Part shown: positions 8,052 to 17,278 of the stretch, piece by piece
Position numbering within the stretch: the first letter of the stretch is position 1
Layout: each line of letters starts with the position of its first letter
IMG/VR virus record: IMGVR_UViG_3300028549_003662
Coordinates: 82,099-146,098 of that record
DNA length: 64,000 nt
From: a virus
Direction: 5' to 3' (one strand)
Position numbers and translations under genes: made by a program
Notes under the pieces: model-generated
Seen by the model: only the letters and a program-made list of their open reading frames with translations
What the model was told of the DNA's origin: nothing
Databases searched by the model: none

Positions 8052-8827
8052 CGCCGCACCGCTACCTTGATGTACCCGCTGTTGACCCAGGCCGCTGTGT
8101 TGTTGTCCCAAAACAGCGCGTCTTTCTGAATGTCAAGTCCGATGGTCTTGTTCGAGATGGCTCGCGGACGCACCCCGTAGAACTTGTTGCTGGGGTCGGC
8201 GTACGACACCGTCGTCAGCACATTATTGCTGTTTGTGGCCGTTGTCGAGTACATGAAGCGCACGTCCTGGGGGACAGCTCCCCAGCCGTGTTCGAGCGTC
8301 ATGTCGACATTGCGTGTCGCTGCCGTCCACGCGCCCTCCCAGTACAGCGGGGTGCACACCGTGAATGGAAGGATGCTGCCGGCGCTGCGGTACAAGACCT
8401 GGCCGATGTAGCGCCATGTTGTGTGTGCGGGGTGATAGAGCGGCACAGCGCGATGATCGGGTTTGAGCGTCGTGTCTACGACACCAGGAGCGGTAGGAGA
8501 GGACGAAGAGAAATAGAGATTCAGTACGTCCCCTTCAATGGTGGCGTAGAGGTAGTAGATGGTGTTGGTGACAGGCGTTCCGGCGTCACCGAGGTCGTTG
8601 TGGATGTCCACCACGAACGGCGTCTCCACGGCAGCGAAAACCCCACTGATGATAATGTGGCCGGGTTGCACGGTAACGGTGCGCGTGGAGGTGTAGGTGA
8701 GCCACATCCCCGACAGGGTGTCGGCGGGAGAGAGCGAGGCCAAAACATCGTCCAAGGACGCGCCGGTGTCACCGTACGGAAGCAGCGCGGCGTTGATCTC
8801 CAAGAAGCGTTGCGGTGCACGCGCCAT
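8048..8827 (-). CDS. Fibre-related protein, paralogue of the C-terminal domain of 10981-13299
   Basis: Shared blocks TVTVQPGHIIISG / TVQVQPGEIEING, NTIYYLYA / NTIYYMYA, RYIGQV / RWIGQV, WVNSGYIKV / WVKSGYYKL. Confidence 0.75.
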   Translation of the reverse strand: MARAPQRFLEINAALLPYGDTGASLDDVLASLSPADTLSGMWLTYTSTRTVTVQPGHIIISGVFAAVETPFVVDIHNDLGDAGTPVTNTIYYLYATIEGDVLNLYFSSSSPTAPGVVDTTLKPDHRAVPLYHPAHTTWRYIGQVLYRSAGSILPFTVCTPLYWEGAWTAATRNVDMTLEHGWGAVPQDVRFMYSTTATNSNNVLTTVSYADPSNKFYGVRPRAISNKTIGLDIQKDALFWDNNTAAWVNSGYIKVAVRR

Positions 8828-8830
8828 CGT

Positions 8831-9178
8831 CTAACCCTTTATTTGGCAGTCGTGCCAGTGGCTCTTGATGAGCTTAGCGCCGACATGGCAGCACCATGCG
8901 ACGTACCCAAGGAACCCCGCTTCAAGGCAGTTCCACATAATATCGTCGATGCTTGGGATTTTCGTATCGAGTCCCGTGATGAGCCAGCGAACTTCAGCTA
9001 TGGCATACGCCGCAGAAAGAAACATGGCGCCGTGCGCGGCCCGGTAGAGGTCGGTCTTGTGCGCGAGGCAAGTTGCGTTGGCCTCTGTGATGCGGCGCGC
9101 GATGCTGAAGTGGAGGCGCACACCGCACACAAACACAGCTATCGACAGCAGGAGCAGGATGAAACTCAGAATGTTCAT
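8831..9178 (-). CDS. 3-TM membrane protein
   Basis: ATGA-coupled to the upstream holin; three hydrophobic helices. Confidence 0.65.
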   Translation of the reverse strand: MNILSFILLLLSIAVFVCGVRLHFSIARRITEANATCLAHKTDLYRAAHGAMFLSAAYAIAEVRWLITGLDTKIPSIDDIMWNCLEAGFLGYVAWCCHVGAKLIKSHWHDCQIKG

Positions 9179-9471
9179 TTGTTCTCCGGTGGGTACTTGC
9201 GGGATTCTCCGACGACCCAATTTTCAATTATCGGGAGGAGGGCGCCTGAACTGTACCCGGATGCACCGACGAAAGCCACCTTCATGCCTTCAGGGATGTT
9301 CCAATCCTGAATGAACAGGTAGGCGAGTACGCCGACAAACACTGCTGCCACTAGCGCGCCAAGAACCTGACTCATGCTGCGCTCTTGTCCCTTACGGAGT
9401 ATGCGCGCGAGCCCACCGAGGAGGGCCAGGGAGATCGGGAGGAGCAGCTTCGAGGTGATGATGTCATCCAC
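9175..9471 (-). CDS. Holin, LydA-like (second copy)
   Basis: LLGGLAR...AAVFVG...VGASGYSS; AAGGAGG RBS with GTG start. Confidence 0.75.
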   Translation of the reverse strand: MDDIITSKLLLPISLALLGGLARILRKGQERSMSQVLGALVAAVFVGVLAYLFIQDWNIPEGMKVAFVGASGYSSGALLPIIENWVVGESRKYPPENK

Positions 9472-9495
9472 GCCGCACCTCCTTGTTTTAATATT

Positions 9496-9521
9496 GCGAG
9501 AGACGGTTTCCCGCCTCCCGC
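9496..9521 (-). terminator. GAAA-tetraloop hairpin between the fibre-chaperone and lysis genes
   Basis: GCGGGAGGCGG-GAAA-CCGTCTCTCGC, an 11-bp stem; no classical U-tract. Confidence 0.45.
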
Positions 9522-9531
9522 TACGTAGTCC

Positions 9532-10119
9532 CTAATGTATGTAGGAGGCCAAGTCCACCACATCGTACGGCGCGGCTGCCATCAACTCCGCGTACTGCGC
9601 GACGCAAACACCTTCGGTACCGCCAACCAACGCCGCGAGGGCCTCAGCATCAACAGCGGCGGCAATGGCGGTCTTGAGCACGTAGTGCTTGGCCAGCATG
9701 CTCTTGTGCCAGTCGAAGTAGGTCTTGGCGCGCGCTTTGTCAGTGGTGCTCATGTTGTTGTAGATGAGGCTGAGCGAGTTCTGGCGGTCGGTGTCGGCGA
9801 CGCTTTTGATGAGCGCCTGTGTGGTGGCTTCAAGCCCTGGGATCGCGGATGCTTTAGCGTCCACGAGGAGCTCCGCAGCGCCCTTCGGCCGCACCACAGC
9901 GACAGGTGTGTCGGGGTCGCCCTCAATGCGCCCATCGGTGTCGATCACCAGGGCTGTCGGGCAACCCCAGATGTTGTCGACAGGCATGTCGGCGCTGACA
10001 ACATGCGCGTAGTTGGCTTGCAGCCCCGGCAGCAACACCTCGGCGTCGGGGTAGATGGCTTCCACGACGAACACGGACTCCCCATACGTCTTCGACTCGT
10101 CATTGCTCACATATATCAT
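9532..10119 (-). CDS. Tail fibre assembly/chaperone-like protein (paralogue of 10384-10971)
   Basis: Shared N-terminal domain SND.SK.YG..VF.VEA...YAH.V...GCP.ALVID...KGAAELL. Confidence 0.65.
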   Translation of the reverse strand: MIYVSNDESKTYGESVFVVEAIYPDAEVLLPGLQANYAHVVSADMPVDNIWGCPTALVIDTDGRIEGDPDTPVAVVRPKGAAELLVDAKASAIPGLEATTQALIKSVADTDRQNSLSLIYNNMSTTDKARAKTYFDWHKSMLAKHYVLKTAIAAAVDAEALAALVGGTEGVCVAQYAELMAAAPYDVVDLASYIH

Positions 10120-10394
10120 TGCAGGTCTCCCTTACGATTGTTCTTGAGAAGGATAGACAGCCACCCGAAGTAGCGCACAGCAACCATGAAGACGAATCCC
10201 AAGGTAGGGTACCCGTTTGCCGCCATGCAGCGCTGCAGGTGCTGGTCCGCCCACTTCCTGTCCTCTTCCGTCACGACCTGCTCATACGCGAGGTCGTGTT
10301 CATCACAGCATCGCTCGAAGGGCGGAAGCTGCCGCGTGCACAGCTTCCACACCTTCGAACACAATCCAGTCATTCCACAGCCATTACTGGCCAT
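10116..10394 (-). CDS. Small phospholipase A2-like protein
   Basis: NGCG, CCDEHDLAY (HD dyad), RKWAD...C, AVRYFG. Confidence 0.7.
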   Translation of the reverse strand: MASNGCGMTGLCSKVWKLCTRQLPPFERCCDEHDLAYEQVVTEEDRKWADQHLQRCMAANGYPTLGFVFMVAVRYFGWLSILLKNNRKGDLQ

Positions 10395-10971
10395 AGGTGG
10401 TGCTCACCGCGTCAAGTTCTTCTTGCGTGGTCGCGGCCAGGACAAGCTGCTCCTGACCCTGCTGCCACGTGAAGGCTGCGGACTCATTGGCCAGCCCAGC
10501 CGGGATGAGCTTCTGCAGGAGCGCATACGTCATCTCCACCCATACGCCCTCGGAGGCCTTCCATTGCGGGATGACGGCTGCAGGGTTGGCCTGGAAGACG
10601 AACACGGCCGTGCGCGTGTAGGCGTCCATCGCGCTCTTGTCGGTGTCGAAAAGGATGCCGTCGACGAGGATGCCCCCGTCGCGCACGCGCGCCTTCTCAA
10701 GCTGCAGGGCGTCGAGTTTGGCAGGCTTCTTGTCCGCGAGGAGCTCCGCGGCCCCTTTCTCGCGGACGATGGTGGGCTCGACGGAGGCGTCGATCACCAG
10801 GGCCGAAGGGCAGCCGAAGACGGTTGTCTCGTCGACTTCCATCTCGACGATGTGCGCGTAGCGGGCTTCCAGGCCGGTCTTGTCCTCGTAAGAGAGGAGT
10901 CCCGCCTCTACGGCGAACACCTTGTCACCGTAGAGCTTGCTGATGTCGTTGCTGCAGTATGTGATGAGCAT
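10384..10971 (-). CDS. Tail fibre assembly protein, DUF4376-like C-terminus
   Basis: GGILVDGILFDTD..., WKASEGVWVEMT, AATTQEELDAV; directly follows the fibre gene. Confidence 0.7.
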   Translation of the reverse strand: MLITYCSNDISKLYGDKVFAVEAGLLSYEDKTGLEARYAHIVEMEVDETTVFGCPSALVIDASVEPTIVREKGAAELLADKKPAKLDALQLEKARVRDGGILVDGILFDTDKSAMDAYTRTAVFVFQANPAAVIPQWKASEGVWVEMTYALLQKLIPAGLANESAAFTWQQGQEQLVLAATTQEELDAVSTTYGQ

Positions 10972-10980
10972 GCTGTTCTC

Positions 10981-13299
10981 CTATCCCTCGGTGAGGATGA
11001 GTTTGTAGTAACCGGATTTCACCCACGTGCCCGCCACATTGCGGTACATGTACGGCGAGACGCGCATGCTGAGCGAATTAGCGAGCTTGGGAGCGTAGCC
11101 GGAGACGGCTATGGTGCTCAACAACACACCGTAAGATTCCGTTTCGTAGTAGTAGAGCCCCGTGCACTCGTAGAGTGCGCCGCTGATTGCTTCGCTTGCG
11201 ACAATGCGCGGGTTGAACTTGGTACGCCCGAAGCCATGTGCGACATTGAAGTCGCCCGCTGCCGGAATAACGGCCGGAGCGCTTTCCCACAACCCAGGCA
11301 TGCACTTGTCGTACGGCAGGATGTTGCTGCTCGCGTCGTTGCGGACCTGGCCAATCCAGCGCACGCCCGTTCCCAGCGTCGGGTGGAACCACGCGCGCGC
11401 TGCAGTGCAGTCATCGAAGCTCGCTACGAGGTTGCCGTAGCGGTCCATGAGCGGGGCCTGGGTGTCGAACATGAACGTCGGGGCGTTACCGGACTCCGGC
11501 CGCACCGCGTACATGTAGTAGATGGTGTTCGCGGCCTCGGTGAGCCCCGCACGCAGATTGCCAGAGAGCGTCACATTCTTAGCCTTCGTGACTTTCATGA
11601 TGGCGCCATTGATCTCAATCTCGCCCGGCTGCACCTGCACGGTGTTGGCGTCGATGTACTTCGACCATACCGTGCAGATATTGGGGTTCGTGGTGGCGAG
11701 TTGCGACTTCACCTTCTTGTATATGCGGATGCGGCAGCTTACGGCGACACCGGCAGAGTGCACGTTAAGCGCCGTCACGGGACTCGTCGTGTTCGACCAA
11801 GATGTTGTGAGAAGCGCGTTGTTTGCAGAGTTGCCGCCAACACAGATGCAGTTGCGTGGGGTGTTTGCTACTTTGAGGAATATGTCGGATACCGCAGACC
11901 TGCGCCCACCGACATAACCGATGTACAGACCAGGACGCGCGGAGCCAGACGAAGCCGCTACGGCTGAGCCCGTTCCTGTAAGCGACTGGTTCGGGTAATT
12001 CGCGGTCGCCTTATCTCCGTTGAGCGCGATATACACAGGCGTCGCGGCGTCAGAAAGCCCTTCGAACAGCACATGCGCGGTATCATCGAGTTCACCATCC
12101 CAGGGCAGCGTAACGTCGAGGACTTCGTTGTTGAGGTTCCACTCCTTGACGAGCTCTTCGCTCACGACCTCAACAGGCCGCACACCATCCACCCACTTGT
12201 AGACCCTGATGGTTCCTGTGAAGGTATACGCTGTGGGGTTGACAACAACGGTATCCATGTTCGCGGTTCCGAGGTAGACGAAACCATCACTGCTGACGAT
12301 CTGCCCGGCTGCTCCGGTGTGTCTGGCAGCGCCGCGCCACGTCCCTACCTTGGTGCGTTTGTTGAATTCCAAAACGTAGCTGCCTTGCGCGTATGCGGGC
12401 ACGAGGCGGAATCCGTTCAAATTAGTCAATCCCGCGCCAGCGGTGCTGGCCTGTCCGTAGAAGACCTGGTTGGCGTAGTTGGCAGCGGTGTCACTACTGA
12501 ATGTGGCGTTGAGGTGGCCGGTAATGCCCGCTCCGGGGTAGTCGACCTCGATGCGAAACTTCTCACAGTTGCTGACGTCAATGTTCTTGCCCGACAGCGA
12601 CGCTGCATTGCTGCTGAATTCCGTGGTGAGCACCCAGCCAGATTGTGCAGTGGGGTCGATGAGGGCATTGAAGGCACTCACCCACGCGCCATCGTGGTAC
12701 TGCATGGTCATGCCGGTGTCGACCACTACAGCCATGTCGCCCTCTTCCATTCCCGTGACCGCGTAGAGCTCAGCCATCGTGGCGTACTTGGTGATACCGC
12801 CACCACCGCTGCCGCTGGTGAACTCCACCCAGGCCGTGTTGGTGTAGCGGTAGAGCTTGTCGGTATCGAGGACAGTGGCGAAGTCGCCGTCCGTCATCCC
12901 TGTGGCGGCCTGCAGGTCCGCCAAGGTGGCGAACTTCGGAATGCCCCCACCGGTAGAGGTGATCGCCACCCACTCCGCTGCAGTGGCGTCCCAGGAGTAG
13001 AGCTTGCGCGTCTCCAGGACGTGCACGACGAGACCGTCGTAGCGCTCGTCTGCCGCAATGGCATCGCGCTCCGTGATATCAGTGGCGATGCGAATGCCCG
13101 ACACCTCCACCCAGGAGTCACCGTCCCAGGAGTACGTCTTGCGGGGCTGCGCCAGCACCTGCACGAGAAGGCCGTTGTAGCGCTCTCCTGCAGGAATGGC
13201 GTTGCGTGCGGCGATGTCAGCTACCACACGAACTGTTTTGCCGGTTCGCTCTTGGTAGAGGCCCTCGGCGAGTGCTTTAGTCCTTGGATCGTATGTCAT
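10981..13299 (-). CDS. Tail fibre / receptor-binding protein with tandem repeats
   Basis: Two (DI..R.AI...ERY.GL.V.V...YSWD) repeats, two (K.AT.A.L.A.TGM..GD.A.V.DT) repeats, two D.A.NY.NQ units; GGGGAG RBS. Confidence 0.8.
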   Translation of the reverse strand: MTYDPRTKALAEGLYQERTGKTVRVVADIAARNAIPAGERYNGLLVQVLAQPRKTYSWDGDSWVEVSGIRIATDITERDAIAADERYDGLVVHVLETRKLYSWDATAAEWVAITSTGGGIPKFATLADLQAATGMTDGDFATVLDTDKLYRYTNTAWVEFTSGSGGGGITKYATMAELYAVTGMEEGDMAVVVDTGMTMQYHDGAWVSAFNALIDPTAQSGWVLTTEFSSNAASLSGKNIDVSNCEKFRIEVDYPGAGITGHLNATFSSDTAANYANQVFYGQASTAGAGLTNLNGFRLVPAYAQGSYVLEFNKRTKVGTWRGAARHTGAAGQIVSSDGFVYLGTANMDTVVVNPTAYTFTGTIRVYKWVDGVRPVEVVSEELVKEWNLNNEVLDVTLPWDGELDDTAHVLFEGLSDAATPVYIALNGDKATANYPNQSLTGTGSAVAASSGSARPGLYIGYVGGRRSAVSDIFLKVANTPRNCICVGGNSANNALLTTSWSNTTSPVTALNVHSAGVAVSCRIRIYKKVKSQLATTNPNICTVWSKYIDANTVQVQPGEIEINGAIMKVTKAKNVTLSGNLRAGLTEAANTIYYMYAVRPESGNAPTFMFDTQAPLMDRYGNLVASFDDCTAARAWFHPTLGTGVRWIGQVRNDASSNILPYDKCMPGLWESAPAVIPAAGDFNVAHGFGRTKFNPRIVASEAISGALYECTGLYYYETESYGVLLSTIAVSGYAPKLANSLSMRVSPYMYRNVAGTWVKSGYYKLILTEG

Positions 13300-13313
13300 G
13301 TGTGCTCCCCTTT

Positions 13314-13646
13314 TTACATCACGTGCCAAGTAGCGCCGTCGCTGTACAACGTGTACGCAGCCATGAGTTCTGTTATCTCAAGAAGGCTTCCGCCGTCCAC
13401 AACATCTGTGCCCTTTGGCACAATACGAACTTTGTATACGCCAAAAACCTTTTTCACGCGTACAACGTCTTTTTCACACTCGGAGGCCGCAGGAAGTGTC
13501 ACCGTAACATCCGCAGCAGTGGCGGATACGAAGACCATTGCACTCGCCAACAACGTCGTATTGACACTGATGAAGAGGTTGTCGGCGTTGCTGCCGCCAA
13601 GCTCTTGGCTAGCGAGGCCGGACCCTGAAGCGAAGCGGTGCGCCAC
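13314..13646 (-). CDS. Appendage protein consisting of one T4 gp9/gp34-like beta domain (module B)
   Basis: VTVTLP...VKK...VDG...YTLYSDGATW. Confidence 0.65.
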   Translation of the reverse strand: MAHRFASGSGLASQELGGSNADNLFISVNTTLLASAMVFVSATAADVTVTLPAASECEKDVVRVKKVFGVYKVRIVPKGTDVVDGGSLLEITELMAAYTLYSDGATWHVM

Positions 13647-13649
13647 CGC

Positions 13650-14357
13650 CTACACCACGAACCACCCCAGCCCATCACAGACCAGGGAGTAGGAGGCGCC
13701 GACCTCGTTGATTACAAGCTCTTCGTTGTGCTGGTCGACGAGCTCAGATCCGGTTGGGGCGATGGTGGCGTCGTTGCCGCCCTGCAGGAGCTTCACCAGC
13801 ACCGTCATGTCCTTGCTTGTCGCCACCGGAGGGAGCTGCACGAACACCGCGCGCGCCGTGGTGTCCACGAGCAGCGTGACGGACTTCGTGACGGTGTAGT
13901 TGTCGCTGACGCGCACCGTGGCCGGCATCCCTGCAGGAGCAGGGTCGGGGCTGCTGCCGCCCTCGGTGAACGTCCCCAGGACTACGTTCTCGACCTCGTA
14001 GATGACGAAGATCTGGTCGCCCTCTGCGAGGTGGTCCTGCATCGCCAGCCCATCCCAATACACGAAGTTCGGGCTGTCCTCGCTGACGATGAAGTCTACG
14101 CCGTAACGCTGGTTGGGTCCGTGGCAGATACCGACGACAGCGCTTTCACGCCGTGCGCACGTCAGCGTGAGGCGGACGCGCTTGGCTGCGATGTCAGATG
14201 CGCTCAGCGTGAAGTACTCCGTGCTCAGCCCTGGGGTGTTCAACCCGTCGATGGCTTGGCTGACAGAGAGGCTGCTGCTGTACGCGATATCCGCCGATCC
14301 CAGGTGCGTCGAGCTGTTGGGATCGAGATTAAGCCATTGTTTTCCTACTTTTGCCAT
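13650..14357 (-). CDS. Appendage protein, modules N-A-B
   Basis: KQWLN N-terminus; QRYGVDFIV...EGDQIFVIYE; C-terminal VQLP...SLVCDGLGW. Confidence 0.7.
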   Translation of the reverse strand: MAKVGKQWLNLDPNSSTHLGSADIAYSSSLSVSQAIDGLNTPGLSTEYFTLSASDIAAKRVRLTLTCARRESAVVGICHGPNQRYGVDFIVSEDSPNFVYWDGLAMQDHLAEGDQIFVIYEVENVVLGTFTEGGSSPDPAPAGMPATVRVSDNYTVTKSVTLLVDTTARAVFVQLPPVATSKDMTVLVKLLQGGNDATIAPTGSELVDQHNEELVINEVGASYSLVCDGLGWFVV

Positions 14358-14375
14358 GTCCGGGCTCCTTGCCGC

Positions 14376-14903
14376 TTATATCACCCACCAGTCCACGCCA
14401 TCGCACACAAACGTGGCGGACGTGTACTGGCTGGTGAGGCTGTAGTTGGCCATGCCGTCTATCGTGCCCGATTCCGGCAGCACGACCACTTGCTCGCTCT
14501 CGCTCCCATTTTTCACGACAATGGTGGCGTTGATTTCGTTTTTGAGTGTGATGTACACAGCGGCGATACCGATGACGACCTCGTGGTCGGCAGCCGTGTA
14601 GTTGGCGCTCTTCTTCATGACAACGAAGCTAGGAGCCTCGCTGCTCATGACGCGCACAGCGCCGGTAGCATCTTTGTGCTTGCGTCGTACGAGGTGGCTT
14701 GCGGTGTCGTACCAAAGCACGGTTTCCTGCAGCGCAAGAGAAGCGTCTGCGGGTTCGGCTTCAGGCAGCTTGTTGACACCGCCGTAAATTTGGGTGGTTT
14801 TCTCTTTGATGGTGGACGCCGCGTCGAACGGTAGCGTCTCTGCCCCGACGTGATCGGGGTCTGCGACATCGCGATTAAGCCATTTGGCCTTGGTCTTGCC
14901 CAC
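14376..14903 (-). CDS. Appendage protein, modules N-B
   Basis: AKWLN N-terminus; C-terminal NYTA...TIDG...FVCDGVDW. Confidence 0.7.
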   Translation of the reverse strand: MGKTKAKWLNRDVADPDHVGAETLPFDAASTIKEKTTQIYGGVNKLPEAEPADASLALQETVLWYDTASHLVRRKHKDATGAVRVMSSEAPSFVVMKKSANYTAADHEVVIGIAAVYITLKNEINATIVVKNGSESEQVVVLPESGTIDGMANYSLTSQYTSATFVCDGVDWWVI

Positions 14904-14957
14904 TATTTCTTCTCCCAGGTTTTTGCCGGGTCAAGCCCGGATATATCCCGCCAGGAG

Positions 14958-15006
14958 GAAAGAAGGCGGCGAGAGGCGGGCAGAACACCTCATCCCCTCG
15001 CCGCCT
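14958..15006 (-). terminator. Intrinsic terminator after 15015-16268
   Basis: AGGCGGCGAGGGG...CCTCTCGCCGCCT followed by TCTTTC. Confidence 0.65.
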
Positions 15007-15014
15007 AGAATCCT

Positions 15015-16268
15015 TTACTCGTCGTAGGTCACGGTGAACTTGTCACCGGCGACCAGCAGGCCGTCGAGACCCATGCCGGCCCAGGTGAGGCGGCGCACGG
15101 AGGTGCCGTCGGTGATGACCTGGAAGTCGTCGCCGTAGAACTGGCCGGGGGCGCCCTTCACGTTCAGCACCACGCAGGTGGGCTCGGCAGGGGTGACGGC
15201 CAGGTCCACGTAGCCGGCAGTGATGTCGCCAGCGGCCAGGGTGAAGCGGTCAACCTTGCGGTTGTTGGCGGCGGCGATGGCGTCGTCAACGTACTGCTTG
15301 TTGGCCACGTCGCTGGACAGCACGGGAGCCTTGACACCGGTGATGGTGAAGCCGGAACCGATGCTCCAGTCGGCGGTCAGGGCCGCCAGGGCGATGACAG
15401 CGCCGCTGCCGCCAGCGAGGCCGTTGCCGAAGGAGTCAGCCTTGATTTCGGCCTCGGTCACGCCGTCAGCGGCGATCTTGAGGCCAGCAGCGCCGAGAGC
15501 CAGGGAGGCGCCGTCGAGCACCAGGGTGATGCTGCCGCCGGCCTTGCTGACGCCGTTGCCGACGATGAGCTGCAGTTCGGTACCGACCTTGGTGAGGCCC
15601 AGGCCGTCGGTGGTGATCTCACCCACGGTGGAGGTCTGCACGAATTCGAGCTCGGTGGTGCCGAGGACGATGGCGCCCTCAGTGGCCAGGGACCAACCGG
15701 TGCTCTTGTTCTTGGTGCCGGACTCCACGAAGGTGAACATGCCGGTGGTGACTTCACCTTCCGGGGTGCCGTCGCAGTCTTCGGCGCGCGCCCACGCACC
15801 GGAAGCGGCCACGTAGACGCCGTTCTCCTTGGCGTCGGTGTTGTTCTTCACCAGCACACGGTCGCCAGCGCTGAGAGCAACGCCGTCGATGGTCTGCAGG
15901 CCGGTCAGGGAGGTGTTGCCGCCAGCGGCCGTGGAAGCGGCGCGCACGGAAGCCTTGCGGTCGATGCCATTGACGCGGTCGTCGACGTAGCGCTTGGTGG
16001 CGGCGTCGGCGTCAGCGGTGGGGACGGCCATGTTGGTGATCTTGAAGGCGCCCATGTTCAGGGCAGCGCCCATCGAACGAGTGCCGTCGGCCTTGATGTA
16101 GGCGTCGAACAACATCTCGTCGGTGACGCCGTCGGCCTTGATCTGGACGCCGCCAGCGACGGCCTCCAGCGCACCGGCTGCAGCCATCTTCAGCATCAGG
16201 TCGCCGCCAGCGCCGACCTCGAACATGCTCCCGCTCTTATTGAGCCATTTCGCGTTCATCAGAGACAT
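15015..16268 (-). CDS. Abundant fibre/whisker-like virion protein (N module, stalk repeats, module A)
   Basis: Common fibre motif KASVRAAST...GLQTIDGVALSAGDRVLVKN...ENGVY...GAWARA; two DAATKRYVD-type stalk motifs; strongly biased codons; GAAGGAGG RBS. Confidence 0.8.
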   Translation of the reverse strand: MSLMNAKWLNKSGSMFEVGAGGDLMLKMAAAGALEAVAGGVQIKADGVTDEMLFDAYIKADGTRSMGAALNMGAFKITNMAVPTADADAATKRYVDDRVNGIDRKASVRAASTAAGGNTSLTGLQTIDGVALSAGDRVLVKNNTDAKENGVYVAASGAWARAEDCDGTPEGEVTTGMFTFVESGTKNKSTGWSLATEGAIVLGTTELEFVQTSTVGEITTDGLGLTKVGTELQLIVGNGVSKAGGSITLVLDGASLALGAAGLKIAADGVTEAEIKADSFGNGLAGGSGAVIALAALTADWSIGSGFTITGVKAPVLSSDVANKQYVDDAIAAANNRKVDRFTLAAGDITAGYVDLAVTPAEPTCVVLNVKGAPGQFYGDDFQVITDGTSVRRLTWAGMGLDGLLVAGDKFTVTYDE

Positions 16269-16296
16269 AGTTGCTTCCTCCTTCAGGAATGCGTGG

Positions 16297-17019
16297 TTAG
16301 GAATCGGCCTCCTCGTACAGCACGAGGAGCCTATCACCGACAGAAAGCAAGCCGTCCAACGACAGACCGGCCCACCCGATGACAGTAGGGTTGGTTGCAC
16401 TCACGACATAGTCCATGCCGTTCTCCTGCGCGCCCGCGTTCACGACGAACACGACAACACCGGAAACCGACTTGACCGCCGTGGGTAAGGTGATCGACTT
16501 CGCGTCAATATGCGCTTGGGTCACTTCCACGACACCCTGTGCGAGGTCGCCTTCATTGACGCGCTCAGCCAGGGTGCGCAAGCGGAACTCAATGGAGTTC
16601 GCGTCTGTGCTTCCTGTGATGCCGATGCGGGCCTGAGTGGCTTCCACCGCAGCCTGGATGGCGCCGAGGTGTTCGTTGGTAAGCATCCACAGCACCTGAG
16701 TGCCGATGTTGTAGGCTGCGGGTTCCGTGTTGGCGTACCCACGCAGCGCCACATTGTCGATGTAGAGTTCGTTCAGCGCCGGATCTGCGCTGGTGTAACG
16801 GATGAGTTCGTCCTTGATCGTCACCAGCCCCTGGGCGGGGACGCGGAAAAGGTCGATGCCGATGACCTTGATTGTCAGCGACGTTGGGCTCATCCCTACA
16901 GCGAGCCGTCCTGCAGGGATGAAGGACGGGCTGGCGTTGGGGGCTTCGAGAAAGGTGCCGCCTGCGCCGCGCCCGTCCAGCGCCTGCGGGAATACGGATT
17001 TGGGAATTTCGTTGCCCAT
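16297..17019 (-). CDS. Virion structural protein with C-terminal module A
   Basis: GLVTIKDELIRYT...RGYANT.PAA; C-terminal QENGMDYVV...LDGLLSVGDRLLVLYE. Confidence 0.7.
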   Translation of the reverse strand: MGNEIPKSVFPQALDGRGAGGTFLEAPNASPSFIPAGRLAVGMSPTSLTIKVIGIDLFRVPAQGLVTIKDELIRYTSADPALNELYIDNVALRGYANTEPAAYNIGTQVLWMLTNEHLGAIQAAVEATQARIGITGSTDANSIEFRLRTLAERVNEGDLAQGVVEVTQAHIDAKSITLPTAVKSVSGVVVFVVNAGAQENGMDYVVSATNPTVIGWAGLSLDGLLSVGDRLLVLYEEADS

Positions 17020-17028
17020 GTCGCGCTC

Positions 17029-17274
17029 CTACGCCTTCAGTTCAGACGCGTCTTTGCGGCCCTTCAGTACGGCCAGTACATCTTCCAAAGGCAGCGTCGC
17101 CGTGTTGGCGTTCTGCGCGATCTCAGCCAGCAACAGTTCTTGTACCGTCGGGACATGCCCGGATGCGCAATCCAACCCCTGGTTGGCGAAGAACGCCCCG
17201 GCAAAAGCACCGCTGGCGTTCTCCTGGCGATCAACCGTTTCGGTGTCGCGGGGCAAGTTCGGTATCGCGCTCAT
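17029..17274 (-). CDS. Hypothetical protein (81 aa)
   Basis: Fills the gap between flanking genes in the operon. Confidence 0.5.
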   Translation of the reverse strand: MSAIPNLPRDTETVDRQENASGAFAGAFFANQGLDCASGHVPTVQELLLAEIAQNANTATLPLEDVLAVLKGRKDASELKA

Positions 17275-17278
17275 GGCG

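Noticed and set aside
8048-13299. Diversity-generating retroelement or invertible fibre cassette
   Set aside because: The paralogous regions differ at all base types, not only adenines; no reverse transcriptase or invertase is in the window.
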